From positions 640,001 through 704,000 of the forward strand of contig CAWFFN010000005.1 in NCBI GenBank assembly GCA_963815115.1: a DNA stretch of 64,000 nucleotides, written 5' to 3'. A program made the translations under genes and the position numbers. This DNA comes from an uncultured delta proteobacterium (GTDB taxonomy: Bacteria > Desulfobacterota > Binatia > DP-6). This document shows, in pieces, positions 45,220 through 54,007 of the stretch (positions within the stretch are counted from its first letter, which is position 1; every line of letters begins with the position of its first letter). The notes beneath the pieces are model-generated. The model made no database searches. It saw only the letters and a program-made list of their open reading frames with translations, and had not been told where the DNA came from.

Positions 45220-47150
45220 ACACTCCGGCGCTCGCGATCGAGGGCTTGCATCCCATGCTGATCCGCTACCGCACCGTGGTCACCGTGGTCGGCAATCTGG
45301 CCATCGCCACCGCGGCCTACCTGGTCGCCTTCGGGCTGCGTTTCGATTTCCGCATTCCCCCGGACCACTTCCATCTGGCGCTGATCACGCTTCCCCTTCT
45401 CCTCCTCTGCAAGCTGGTGGCGTTCCGGGTCACGAACCTGTTCTCGGGCTGGTGGCAGCACGTGAGCATCCGCGACGTCCAGGACATCGTGAAAGGGAAC
45501 CTGCTGGGCTCGGCCTTCTTCCTCGTCGCCCTGGTCTACGGACGGGGCCTGCACAACTTTCCGCGTTCGGTCTTCCTGCTCGATCTGCTCCTTTGCGTGG
45601 CCGCCATGGGCGGTACGCGGGTCGGCATTCGCATCTGGCGGGAGCGTGACCAGGGGCCCACCACGCGGCACATCGACAGCGTCGCGCTGATCGTGGGCGC
45701 GGGTTCGGCCGGGATCCACCTGCTCGACGAGATCCAGAGCCGGCCGCGGTTTCGGATTGCCGTCGCCGGCTTCGTCGACGACGACGTCGCCAAGGTGGGC
45801 TTGCGCATCAGCGGTAGCCCGGTGCTCGGTCGGATCGACCACATCCCCGAGCTGGTGAAGGTGCACGAGGTCAACGAGGTCCTCGTCGCCATCCCCTCGG
45901 CATCGCCGGCCACCCTCCGACGCATCGTGAAGCTGTGCGACGAGGCGCGGGTTCGGCATCGGGTGCTCCCCACCCTCGGCGAGCTGGTGGCCGGCCGCGT
46001 CATGTTCACCCAGATGCGCGAGGTGAAGGTGGACGACCTGCTCGCCCGCGAGCCCGTCCGTCTCGACCTGGTACGCGTGCGCTCGTTTCTCGCCCACCGC
46101 ACCGTGCTGGTGACGGGGGCCGCGGGCTCGATCGGCTCCGAGCTGTGCCGCCAGGTCGCCGCGCAGGAGGCCGAGCGACTGGTGCTCTACGACCGCCACG
46201 AGAACGGGTTGTTCGCCCTCGAGAAGGAGCTCGCCGCGCGCCACCCGGCGGTGCGGCTCGAGGCCGTGCTGGGCGACATCCTCCTCGAGGATCAGCTCGA
46301 GGCAGTCTTCGCGAGCTTCCGGCCCGAGGTCGTCTTCCACGCCGCCGCGTACAAGCACGTCTCGATGGCCGAGAGGAACCCGCTCGAGGCGGTGCGCAAC
46401 AACGTGCTCGGCACGCGCAACGTGGCGCGGGCCGCGATCGCGCACGGGGCGAAGGAGTTCGTGCTGGTCTCGACCGACAAGGCGGTGCGGCCGACCAGCG
46501 TGATGGGCGTCACCAAGCGGGTCGCCGAGCTGGTGGTGCAGAGCCTCCAGAACGGCTGCTGCCGCTTCGTCGCCGTGCGCTTCGGCAACGTGCTCGGCTC
46601 GAACGGGAGCGTGGTCCCCATCTTTCGCGAGCAGATCGCGCGCGGTGGCCCGGTGACGGTCACGCATCCCGAGGTCACGCGTTTCTTCATGACCATCCCC
46701 GAGGCCGTCCAGCTGATCCTCCAGGCGGCCGGCACGGGACACGGCGGCGAGATCTTCGTCCTCGAGATGGGCCACGCCGTCCGCATCGTCGACCTCGCCC
46801 GGCAGATGATCCGGCTCTCCGGCTTCGAGCCCGACGAGGACGTCGAGATCGTGTTCACCGGGCTCGCCCCCGGCGAGAAGCTCCACGAAGAGCTCGTCTC
46901 GGACGGCGAGGAAGTCGCCCCGACCCATCACGACCGCATCCGCGTGCTCCGCCTGCCCGAGCGGCCCTCGCAGCATGCCGACGACGGCTGGCTTCCCATG
47001 CTCGAGGCGTGCATCGAGGCGGGGCATGTTGCCAACGCCGTCGCGCTGCTCGAGAAGCTCGTTCCCACGTACCGGCCGAGCGGGGCTGTGCTCGCCGCCG
47101 CCGGCGCCCCCTCCGGTTCCCGTCTCGCATTGCCTGCCCGCGTCGCCTGA
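45216..47150 (+). CDS. Membrane-bound UDP-GlcNAc 4,6-dehydratase (PglF/CapD family)
   Basis: Four TM segments, TGAAGSIGSEL, HAAAYKHV, STDKAV and RFGNVLGSNGSV motifs. Confidence 0.95.
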   Translation: MNTPALAIEGLHPMLIRYRTVVTVVGNLAIATAAYLVAFGLRFDFRIPPDHFHLALITLPLLLLCKLVAFRVTNLFSGWWQHVSIRDVQDIVKGNLLGSAFFLVALVYGRGLHNFPRSVFLLDLLLCVAAMGGTRVGIRIWRERDQGPTTRHIDSVALIVGAGSAGIHLLDEIQSRPRFRIAVAGFVDDDVAKVGLRISGSPVLGRIDHIPELVKVHEVNEVLVAIPSASPATLRRIVKLCDEARVRHRVLPTLGELVAGRVMFTQMREVKVDDLLAREPVRLDLVRVRSFLAHRTVLVTGAAGSIGSELCRQVAAQEAERLVLYDRHENGLFALEKELAARHPAVRLEAVLGDILLEDQLEAVFASFRPEVVFHAAAYKHVSMAERNPLEAVRNNVLGTRNVARAAIAHGAKEFVLVSTDKAVRPTSVMGVTKRVAELVVQSLQNGCCRFVAVRFGNVLGSNGSVVPIFREQIARGGPVTVTHPEVTRFFMTIPEAVQLILQAAGTGHGGEIFVLEMGHAVRIVDLARQMIRLSGFEPDEDVEIVFTGLAPGEKLHEELVSDGEEVAPTHHDRIRVLRLPERPSQHADDGWLPMLEACIEAGHVANAVALLEKLVPTYRPSGAVLAAAGAPSGSRLALPARVA

Positions 47151-47204
47151 CGGGGAGCACACGCCGACTACCATTCGCGACCAGCAGTCCGGTCCACCGT
47201 ACGG

Positions 47205-47240
47205 CGGCCACGCGACGATCGTCGCGTGGCCGTTTTCTTT
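47205..47240 (+). terminator. Intrinsic terminator closing the polysaccharide cluster
   Basis: Perfect palindrome CGGCCACGCGACGATCGTCGCGTGGCCG followed by TTTTCTTT. Confidence 0.85.
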
Positions 47241-47257
47241 AGGGAGACGCGAGGGCG

Positions 47258-47506
47258 CTACGCGCGCCGCAACATGCGGTAGCCGCCGAGCAGGATCAGT
47301 GCGCCGGCCACCGACATGACGAATCCTGCGGGCTGGCCTTCCTGGTAGAGGCCCATCGCGCGGCCGAGGAAGCCGCCCACCAGGGCGCCGGCGATGCCGA
47401 GCAGGATGGTGACGATGATCCCGCCCGGGTCGTTCCCGGGCATGATGAGCTTGGCGACGGCGCCGATGACCAGGCCGAGGATGATCATGACGAGAATGCC
47501 GCCCAT
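47258..47506 (-). CDS. GlsB/YeaQ/YmgE (transglycosylase-associated) membrane protein, copy 1
   Basis: MGGILVMIILGLVIGAVAKLIMPGNDPGG...LGIAGALVGG. Confidence 0.92.
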   Translation of the reverse strand: MGGILVMIILGLVIGAVAKLIMPGNDPGGIIVTILLGIAGALVGGFLGRAMGLYQEGQPAGFVMSVAGALILLGGYRMLRRA

Positions 47507-47634
47507 GGGATTTCCTCTTTTGTCTCGCCCGGACCCCGCCTCGCGCTGCCCGCCACCTGCGTCGTCTGACGCTTCCAGAATCCCGCTCCGCGCAGGCCCG
47601 CGACGCGCGGGACGCCGAGCCGCGGCACGCAAAG

Positions 47635-47910
47635 CTACAATCCGCGATACACCTCGCGCCGGTGGCCAATCCTGATCACCATGACGATCAAGCGGTCCTC
47701 ACGGATCTCGTACACGACGCGGTACGCTCCGGCAGCGCGAACGCGGTAGCGGTCGATCTGCCCGGCGAGTTTCTTGCAACCAGGAGGTCGTGGATCGTCA
47801 GCGAGGGCGTCGATGACGGACACGACCTTCGCGCGGACGGGAGCGGGCAGGTGGTGCAGCGTGCGCACGGCGCTTGGCTTGATCTCGATCGTGTACCGCC
47901 GACGCCCCAT
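47635..47910 (-). CDS. RelE/ParE-family toxin
   Basis: YTIEIKPSA...LADDPRPPGCKKLAG...YRVRAAGAYRVVYEI...IRIGHRREVYR. Confidence 0.92.
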   Translation of the reverse strand: MGRRRYTIEIKPSAVRTLHHLPAPVRAKVVSVIDALADDPRPPGCKKLAGQIDRYRVRAAGAYRVVYEIREDRLIVMVIRIGHRREVYRGL

Positions 47911-48181
47911 CGAGACCACGCCGCACCTCCTCCCACGGGACCGACTCGGGCTCGTCGGCTGCGATCCGATCGGCCTCGGCGACGTCGATCCGATCCTCCG
48001 CCTCCTCGATCAGGTGCTCGAGCAGCCCGAGGTCTCGCATCGAGATCAATGCGGCCAACGCCTTTCCCGCGCGACCGATGACTACCCGCTCCCCGCGATA
48101 GTGCACCCGGTTGACCAGCTCGGCGATGTTGCTCCGGACGTCGCTCAACCTGAGGATCGCGGGTGGGCGCGCGCTGCCCAT
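47798..48181 (-). CDS. Phd/YefM-family antitoxin (C-terminus reads into the toxin gene)
   Basis: SDVRSNIAELVNRVHYRGERVVIGRAGKALAALIS...EEAEDRID...VPWEEV. Confidence 0.88.
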   Translation of the reverse strand: MGSARPPAILRLSDVRSNIAELVNRVHYRGERVVIGRAGKALAALISMRDLGLLEHLIEEAEDRIDVAEADRIAADEPESVPWEEVRRGLDGASAVHDRDQAKRRAHAAPPARSRPREGRVRHRRPR

Positions 48182-48225
48182 ATGATCGGAATGCGCCATG
48201 GGGGAAGGTTAGGACAGATCGAGCT

Positions 48226-48237
48226 ACTTGTACAAGT
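48226..48237. promoter_or_regulatory. Palindromic operator candidate for the Phd antitoxin
   Basis: Perfect 12-bp palindrome ACTTGTACAAGT with a GTAC core, upstream of the antitoxin. Confidence 0.6.
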
Positions 48238-48456
48238 TGTCTCACCGGACTAACCCCGGAAGTCCCGGGACCCCCGCGCCGCGGACACACCGCGCAGTAC
48301 CCCGCTCGGGGAGCCCTTGGCCCTGTCACGGCATGTCAGGAGGGGTCGCTAAATCGCTGCAGATCGTCGCCACGGACGCCGACCAGGCATCCGGCGAGCC
48401 CATCGTGGTCCAGCTCCGCCTCGTCCCGTAGCTTCCACGCCGCCCTGCGGCTGACG

Positions 48457-48492
48457 AACCCCCCCGGGTCCGCGACCCGAGGGGGTTTCTTC
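48457..48492 (+). terminator. Intrinsic terminator-like hairpin
   Basis: AACCCCC.CGGGTC-CGC-GACCCG.GGGGGTT followed by TCTT. Confidence 0.65.
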
Positions 48493-48547
48493 GTCTCGTC
48501 GGCGGAGCGATGCGCCCGCCGCCCGGTATGTCTACGCGCGCCGCAGC

Positions 48548-48655
48548 ATGAAGAAGCTCATCGTCGTAGCCGAGTTCGTGACGCTGGACGGTGTCATGGA
48601 AGCCGACGGGGGCGACCCGGCCATCCGCACCGCGGGTGGGTCGGCGACCTCATGC
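48548..48655 (+). pseudogene. Truncated, frameshifted dihydrofolate-reductase/RibD-C family gene fragment
   Basis: MKKLIVVAEFVTLDGVMEADGGDP, then HPHRGWVGDLM in a shifted frame. Nothing recognisable follows. Confidence 0.7.
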
Positions 48656-48814
48656 AGATCTCGCCTCGCGTTGCCCGCCAGACCGCGTCGCCTGACCTCC
48701 CGGATCCCCTTCGCGCGACGGCGCCGCTCGGCCAGCGGCGCCGCCAGAGACGCCTGCTGCGTTCGAGGTCGGAAACCCGCGCAGGCCCACCAGCCTGACG
48801 GGCGGTGGGCCGGG

Positions 48815-49228
48815 TCACCCCGCGAAGCGACGAAACCCGGCGACGGTGAAGTCGTCGTCGAAGGTCAACACGGCCGTGCACCGGGTAGCCTCGAGGACGG
48901 CGAAGCTCATGGCGTCTGTGTAGGTGATCGTCTGGTCGTCGAGCTTCGAGAGCCACGTGTGCGCGCGCGCGTGGCGCTCCGCGGTGGCGAACTCCAGACG
49001 GAGCGAAGGGCTGCGATCGACACGGTCGAGGAATGCGCGTGCCGCGGCGCCTCCTGCCCGGAAGAGCAACAGCCGGTGCGCCTCGGCGACGACGAGGTCG
49101 GTCGTCACGAGGGGAAGGCGCCGCATCAGCGCGGCGCGAAAGAGGCGATCGGCCTCGGCGTGGCGGGCGTCACGTGCGCTGGCGAGCGCGATCCAGGGAC
49201 TGCTATCGACGAAGACGCGCTCGGGCAC
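48815..49228 (-). CDS. VapC/PIN-domain toxin
   Basis: VFVDSSPWIAL, TTDLVVAE, TDAMSFAV and TFDDDF acidic PIN residues. Confidence 0.92.
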   Translation of the reverse strand: MPERVFVDSSPWIALASARDARHAEADRLFRAALMRRLPLVTTDLVVAEAHRLLLFRAGGAAARAFLDRVDRSPSLRLEFATAERHARAHTWLSKLDDQTITYTDAMSFAVLEATRCTAVLTFDDDFTVAGFRRFAG

Positions 49229-49490
49229 GACGCCGGCCGAGGCCGTAGGGCGGCGGCCGCTCCGCGACGAATGTGGCATTCAGATGGTGGTCAAACCGCT
49301 CGCTCAGGTCGGCTGGCAGGCCGTCGACCATGCCGCTCAGCTCCAACAGGGGGTCCTGTTCCGGCGCCGCGGTGAGCGCTCGAACGGCCAGGCGCACGAC
49401 CTGTGACTTCGTCCAGCCTCGGTGCTTCGCCCAGGCCTCGAGGCGAGCGAGTTCGGATTCATCCAGATACACCTGCACCGGACGGCTCAT
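49203..49490 (-). CDS. Ribbon-helix-helix (CopG-like) antitoxin
   Basis: MSRPVQVYLDESELARLEAWAKHRGWTKSQVVRLAV...DLSERFDHHL. Confidence 0.85.
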   Translation of the reverse strand: MSRPVQVYLDESELARLEAWAKHRGWTKSQVVRLAVRALTAAPEQDPLLELSGMVDGLPADLSERFDHHLNATFVAERPPPYGLGRRRARARLRR

Positions 49491-49543
49491 GATTGTGAAC
49501 GTTGCGCGATCATGATCAGGATGTCAACACGGTCATGATCATG
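49487..49543. promoter_or_regulatory. TCATGA-based palindromes, probable autorepression operator
   Basis: TCATGA at 49487, GATCATGATC at 49508-17 and CATGATCATG at 49534-43. Confidence 0.6.
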
Positions 49544-49688
49544 CGGGGCGACGACCGTCCTCGCGCGCGGCCCGAGCGAGCTGAATCGCGGCGCGGTGTT
49601 GCGCCCGTCGTCCGCCAGCTGGCAGTGACGGTCCCGATGCGAGCACGCGCGATCGTGCGAACCCGGTCGCGCGAGACCGCGACGACCG

Positions 49689-49937
49689 CTACGCGCGCCG
49701 CAACATGCGGTAGCCGCCGAGCAGGATCAGTGCGCCGGCCACCGACATGACGAATCCCGCGGGCTGGCCTTCCTGGTAGAGGCCCATCGCGCGGCCGAGG
49801 AAGCCGCCCACCAGGGCGCCGGCGATGCCGATCAGGATGGTGACGATGATCCCGCCCGGGTCGTTTCCGGGCATGATGAGCTTGGCGACGGCGCCGATGA
49901 CCAGGCCGAGGATGATCATGACGAGAATGCCGCCCAT
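49689..49937 (-). CDS. GlsB/YeaQ/YmgE membrane protein, copy 2
   Basis: Identical to copy 1 except for one Leu/Ile change. Confidence 0.92.
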   Translation of the reverse strand: MGGILVMIILGLVIGAVAKLIMPGNDPGGIIVTILIGIAGALVGGFLGRAMGLYQEGQPAGFVMSVAGALILLGGYRMLRRA

Positions 49938-50116
49938 GGAACTCCCTCCTTGTGAGACGCCTGTTCGCGAACCGCACCGAGCAAGATAGCACGGCCGGCC
50001 TTCGATCCGAAATCCGGGCGACGGCTGCCGTCCCGGGGGCCTTGCCGCGCTGCGGGAGCGGGAGTAGCGTCGACCCCGGAGTGGTGGTGGAGGGAACCGG
50101 CAACCAGGGGTTCCAC

Positions 50117-50767
50117 ATGCCACGCATCCTTCGGATCGTCGTCGCCGTCCTGATCCTGACCGTCGCCGCGCGGGCGACGGCCGAGCCCGGATTCGAGTTG
50201 ACCGACGGCGGCCGTACAATCGTGTACCGCGCCCGGCCGGGGGATACGCCGACCGGCGTCGCCCGGGCGCTCGGCATCCCCGCTCCGCAGGTCGCCGCGC
50301 TGCTGGCCGCCGGAGGCATCAGCGATGGCGGCCGCGTTCCGGTGGGCTTCGAGTACCGGGTGCCGAATCCGCTCGCGGCGCGCGCAGACGCCGCCGAGGC
50401 ACGGAGCGCCGAGCTGGGGCAGCGTGCCGCGGCGGCCGAGCAGACCCTGGCGGAGACGCAGCGCACCGAGGAGCTGCGGGGCGAGGAGCGGCGGCGGCTG
50501 GCGCAGCTCGAGGGTCGCTGGTCGCTCGCGCTCTGGGCGCTGGTCGGACTGGCCGCGGGCCTCGCCGTGATGGGTGCGGTGGCGTCCGCCGCGCTCCGCC
50601 GCGAACGGGGCGCCACGCGCTACGCGCGCACGATGGCGCAGGAGCTCGAGGACAGGCGCCGGAGCGGGCTCGCCGAGCGCCAGCAGAGCGCGCGTCGCAT
50701 CGTCGAGCTCGAGGACCGCATCCGGCAGCTCGAAGGGCGCGCGCATCCCGTGCCGCGCAGCGCCTGA
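50117..50767 (+). CDS. LysM-like domain, coiled-coil, single-TM protein
   Basis: Signal peptide, YRARPGDTPTGVARALGI...VPVGFEYRVP LysM-like segment, and a TM helix. Confidence 0.7.
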   Translation: MPRILRIVVAVLILTVAARATAEPGFELTDGGRTIVYRARPGDTPTGVARALGIPAPQVAALLAAGGISDGGRVPVGFEYRVPNPLAARADAAEARSAELGQRAAAAEQTLAETQRTEELRGEERRRLAQLEGRWSLALWALVGLAAGLAVMGAVASAALRRERGATRYARTMAQELEDRRRSGLAERQQSARRIVELEDRIRQLEGRAHPVPRSA

Positions 50768-50773
50768 CGCGCG

Positions 50774-50977
50774 TCATCCCTTCGCGCGCTCCTCGAATCC
50801 CGGGCAGACGAGCACCGGCAGCCGCGGGTAGCGGGCGAACCGCGCCTCGCTCTCCGCCCGCTCACAGCGCCAGAAGGTGCTCCCCCGGCGCGTCGGCTGG
50901 CGGCGCGCGTGCCGGCAGCGGGCGCAGAGTCCAACGCTCTGCTCGAGCTCAGGCTCGCGCGTTCCGGAACTCGACAT
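50774..50977 (-). CDS. Small four-Cys hypothetical protein
   Basis: GLCARCRHAR...GSTFWRC...ARYPRLPVLVCPGFE. Confidence 0.7.
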   Translation of the reverse strand: MSSSGTREPELEQSVGLCARCRHARRQPTRRGSTFWRCERAESEARFARYPRLPVLVCPGFEERAKG

Positions 50978-53117
50978 ACTCGACCATGGCGCGCAGCGCG
51001 GCGACCGCGCGGTGCGCGCTCGGGTAGCACAGCCGGCCGCCCTCGCGGACCGCCAGCGGCCCGGCGTTGCCGTAGGCGCGGTCGGCGTACACCAGCTCGC
51101 TGGCGACCAGCACCGGCTTGGCATGGCGCTCGGAGGCGGCGCGCGCCGCCTCGGCGTAACGGCGATCCTGGCGTTCGTGGAACTCGACGATGCGATCGAG
51201 CCCGAAGCCGGGGAAGAACTCGCCGGTGCGGAAGCCGTTCGCCTGGTTGGCCTGGATGCCGAGGCCGAGGAAGAGGACGGCGTCGACGTCGGGATGGCCG
51301 CAGACGAGATCGAGCGCGTCGGGGATCGTGTCGCGCGTCTCGCCCCCCGCGAGGTCGACGGGGTTCTGACGGCTCCAGCGCGCGGGCACCATCGCGTCGA
51401 TCTTCCGCCGCAGCGCGTCGGGCAGCTCCATCACCTCGAGCCCGGCGGCGGCGCACGCGTCCGCGGTGAGCACGCCCCAGCCGCCCGCCGTGGTGAACAC
51501 GATCACGCGACGCCCGCGCGGCCAGGGCTGCGTCGCGAAGGTCGCGGCCCACTCGAAGGCCTGCTCGACGGTCGGGGCGCGCAGCACGCCGAGCTGGCGG
51601 CAGATGCCGTCGAAGACCCGGTCGTCGCTCGCCAGCGATCCGGTGTGGCTGGCGGCGGCGCGCTGCCCCTCGCGCGCAGCGCCGCCCTTCAGCAGGACGA
51701 GCGGCTTGGCGGCCGTCAGCCGGCGGAGCGCGGCGAGGAAGGCGCGTCCATCGCCGACGCCCTCGGCGTACGCGAGTGCGACGGCGGTGTCGGCGTCGAC
51801 GGCGAAGTAGTCGAGGTAGTCGGCGATCGTGGTCTGGGCCGAGTTGCCGCACGAGATCGCCTTGCTCACGCCGACGCCGGTGAGGACGGAGTAGTTCAGC
51901 AGCGCGGAGAGCAGATTGCCGCTCTGGCTCGCCACCGAGATGCGGCCGGGGGGCGGGTAGGGCGCGACGATCTGGGCGCACAGGGCATCGCCGGTCGAGA
52001 TCAGGCCCTGACCGTTGGGACCGGCGAGCAGGATGCCGGTCTCGTTCGCCACCCGCACCAGCTCGGTCTCGAGCGCCTTGCCTTCGTCGCCGGCCTCGCC
52101 GTAGCCGCCGGTCGCGACGAAGGCGGCACGCACCCCGCGCGCGGCGCAGGTGCGCAGCACCTCGGCGTTCGCGCCGGGCGGCGTGCACACGACGGCGAGG
52201 TCGGCGGCGCCCTCGGGCACCTCGCGCACGTCGCGCAACGTCGGCCGCCCGAGGACCTCGGCGCCCTCGCGGTTCACCGGGAAGACCGCGCCCCGGTATC
52301 CGAAGCGCAGCAGGTTGTGGAAGGCGGCGAAGCCGAACTTGCCGGGATGGCTCGACGCGCCGGCGACGATGACCCCGCGCGGGTGGAACAGCGGGCGGAA
52401 GCGTTCGGCCACGGCGGCGACGTCCACCGGCGGGCCGGGCGCCGCGGCGGGCGTAGGCGCGGGATCGAGCACGACCAGCGCGTCGACCGCGACGGGTTCC
52501 CCATCGCGGACGATCAGCGGATTGAGATCGATGCTCTGCACGTCCGGACGCTCCGCGGCGAGCGTGCCGAGGCCGACGAGGATGCGCGCCAGGGCATCGC
52601 CGTCCACCGGAGGCTCGCCGCGAAACGCGCCCAGCAGCGACCGCGTCCGGAGACCGCCGACCATGCGCCGTGCCTCGGCGGCGTTGAGCGGTGCGGCGGC
52701 GAAGACGACGTCGCCGACGGCTTCCGTGAAGATGCCGCCCAGCCCGAGCACGACGCACGGGCCGAACTGCGGATCGCGCACCAGCCCGGCGATGAGCTCG
52801 CGGCGTCCGCGCACCTGCTCGGCGACGAGCAGCTCCACGGGACCGTCTCCCGGCTGCGCCAGCGCGAGCAGGTCGGCGGCAGCCGCGCGCACCGACGCCG
52901 CGTCGCCGAGACCGATGCGCACCAGGCCACGTTCGGTCTTGTGAGCGATCGAGTCGCCGCACAGCTTGACGACCACGGGGAAGCCGATCTCCCGGGCGGC
53001 GCGCGCGGCGGCGTCCGGGTCCCTGGCGAGTGCGTCGCGCGCCACCGGAACACCGTAGCGCGCGACGAGCGCCTTCGAAGCGTGCTCGGAGAGCGTGGTG
53101 GTGGTGCGGGCGAGCAT
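50949..53117 (-). CDS. Acetate/acyl--CoA ligase (ADP-forming) family, ATP-grasp domain N-terminal
   Basis: AHKTERGLV, DLNPL, GASSHPGKFG, GPNGQG, SQSG, SHTGSLA and NPVDL motifs. Confidence 0.93.
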   Translation of the reverse strand: MLARTTTTLSEHASKALVARYGVPVARDALARDPDAAARAAREIGFPVVVKLCGDSIAHKTERGLVRIGLGDAASVRAAAADLLALAQPGDGPVELLVAEQVRGRRELIAGLVRDPQFGPCVVLGLGGIFTEAVGDVVFAAAPLNAAEARRMVGGLRTRSLLGAFRGEPPVDGDALARILVGLGTLAAERPDVQSIDLNPLIVRDGEPVAVDALVVLDPAPTPAAAPGPPVDVAAVAERFRPLFHPRGVIVAGASSHPGKFGFAAFHNLLRFGYRGAVFPVNREGAEVLGRPTLRDVREVPEGAADLAVVCTPPGANAEVLRTCAARGVRAAFVATGGYGEAGDEGKALETELVRVANETGILLAGPNGQGLISTGDALCAQIVAPYPPPGRISVASQSGNLLSALLNYSVLTGVGVSKAISCGNSAQTTIADYLDYFAVDADTAVALAYAEGVGDGRAFLAALRRLTAAKPLVLLKGGAAREGQRAAASHTGSLASDDRVFDGICRQLGVLRAPTVEQAFEWAATFATQPWPRGRRVIVFTTAGGWGVLTADACAAAGLEVMELPDALRRKIDAMVPARWSRQNPVDLAGGETRDTIPDALDLVCGHPDVDAVLFLGLGIQANQANGFRTGEFFPGFGLDRIVEFHERQDRRYAEAARAASERHAKPVLVASELVYADRAYGNAGPLAVREGGRLCYPSAHRAVAALRAMVEYVEFRNARA

Positions 53118-53123
53118 GTTCGT

Positions 53124-53198
53124 TCAACCGAGGCGCACGTTGTGTACCACGACGCCCAGCCCCGGGGCGCGGGCCAGCGGGCCGTCGGCCGTCACCAG
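53124..53198 (-). pseudogene. C-terminal remnant of a VapC/PIN toxin
   Basis: LVTADGPLARAPGLGVVVHNVRLG-stop, resembling a PIN C-terminal 'LVTAD..LA' segment, fused to the end of the antitoxin. Confidence 0.7.
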
Positions 53199-53422
53199 CG
53201 CTTCTCTCGCTCGGGGCGAACCTCGCCGAGAAGTTGCGCCGCGGCCTTGCGGAGTTCGACCGGCTCCCGCTTTGCCAGGCGCGCGCGGAACTCGTCCCGC
53301 GCGATCTCTCGCTGCATCGCATCCAGCACGAGATCGCGTACGGTGCGTCTCCGCCGCCTGGCCGCGGCGCGAATCTTGCGCTGCAGGCCCTCGGGGACAT
53401 TCTTGACCTGAAGGTTCCCCAT
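53192..53422 (-). CDS. FitA-like ribbon-helix-helix antitoxin
   Basis: MGNLQVKNVPEGLQRKIRAAARRRRRTVRDLVL. Confidence 0.85.
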   Translation of the reverse strand: MGNLQVKNVPEGLQRKIRAAARRRRRTVRDLVLDAMQREIARDEFRARLAKREPVELRKAAAQLLGEVRPEREKRW

Positions 53423-53434
53423 GGGATGCCGTTA

Positions 53435-53468
53435 GCATGCCAGGAGCATGCTCGCACCGTCGGCATGC
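53435..53468. promoter_or_regulatory. Three GCATGC palindromes, probable antitoxin operator
   Basis: GCATGC at 53435, 53446 and 53463. Confidence 0.6.
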
Positions 53469-53581
53469 TTGGTCACGCGCACGCCTCTCGCCTCGCGCCC
53501 AGGGGCTCGGAGGCGGGGCCTCCCCCTTGTGGCCGCCACGCATGTCGTGCTTGGGGAACCGTGTGAACCAGGAGGTGGGCG

Positions 53582-53995
53582 ATGGCGGATGGACGTGAGC
53601 GAGGACTCTTCCTCAGCGTGATGGCGGTGCTCTTCGGTGTCCTCGCGTTCTCGAACTTCACCAAGGCCTGGCAGCACATGCGCGACCCGCACCTGGGTCT
53701 CGTTCTCTTCGGGGTGCGCTGCGAGACCATCGCCTCCAACGTGGTGCTCGGGGCCGTGCTCGGCGCGGTGCTCGCGGTCTACGCCTACGGACTCTGGAGG
53801 TTGAAGGCGTGGGTCGCGCCGCTCTCCATCGTGTACGCCTTCTACGTTCCCGTGAACCTGGTGCTCTTCTGGGCCTTCCAGACGGGACCGGACGTTCCGC
53901 CGGCCCTGGGCCTGCTGGGCTACCTGGCGGTCGCCTTCACGGGCTCGATCGGGACCGCCCTCTATCTCGGATACCACCGAGACAAGCTGGCGTGA
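53582..53995 (+). CDS. Hypothetical four-TM membrane protein
   Basis: AGGAGG RBS and hydrophobic segments. Confidence 0.75.
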   Translation: MADGRERGLFLSVMAVLFGVLAFSNFTKAWQHMRDPHLGLVLFGVRCETIASNVVLGAVLGAVLAVYAYGLWRLKAWVAPLSIVYAFYVPVNLVLFWAFQTGPDVPPALGLLGYLAVAFTGSIGTALYLGYHRDKLA

Positions 53996-54007
53996 CGTCC
54001 GGACGGC

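Larger units (their letters stand above)
47256..49939. repeat. ~253-bp direct repeat (47256-47508 and 49687-49939) enclosing a TA islet
   Basis: Manual alignment shows 3 mismatches. Identity stops about 2 bp outside the start and stop codons. Confidence 0.92.

Noticed and set aside
48205-48256. GTTAGG...CTAAC resembling integron attC core sites near the TA genes
   Set aside because: The boxes are in the wrong order, fit RYYYAAC/GTTRRRY poorly, are not repeated, and there is no integrase in the window.
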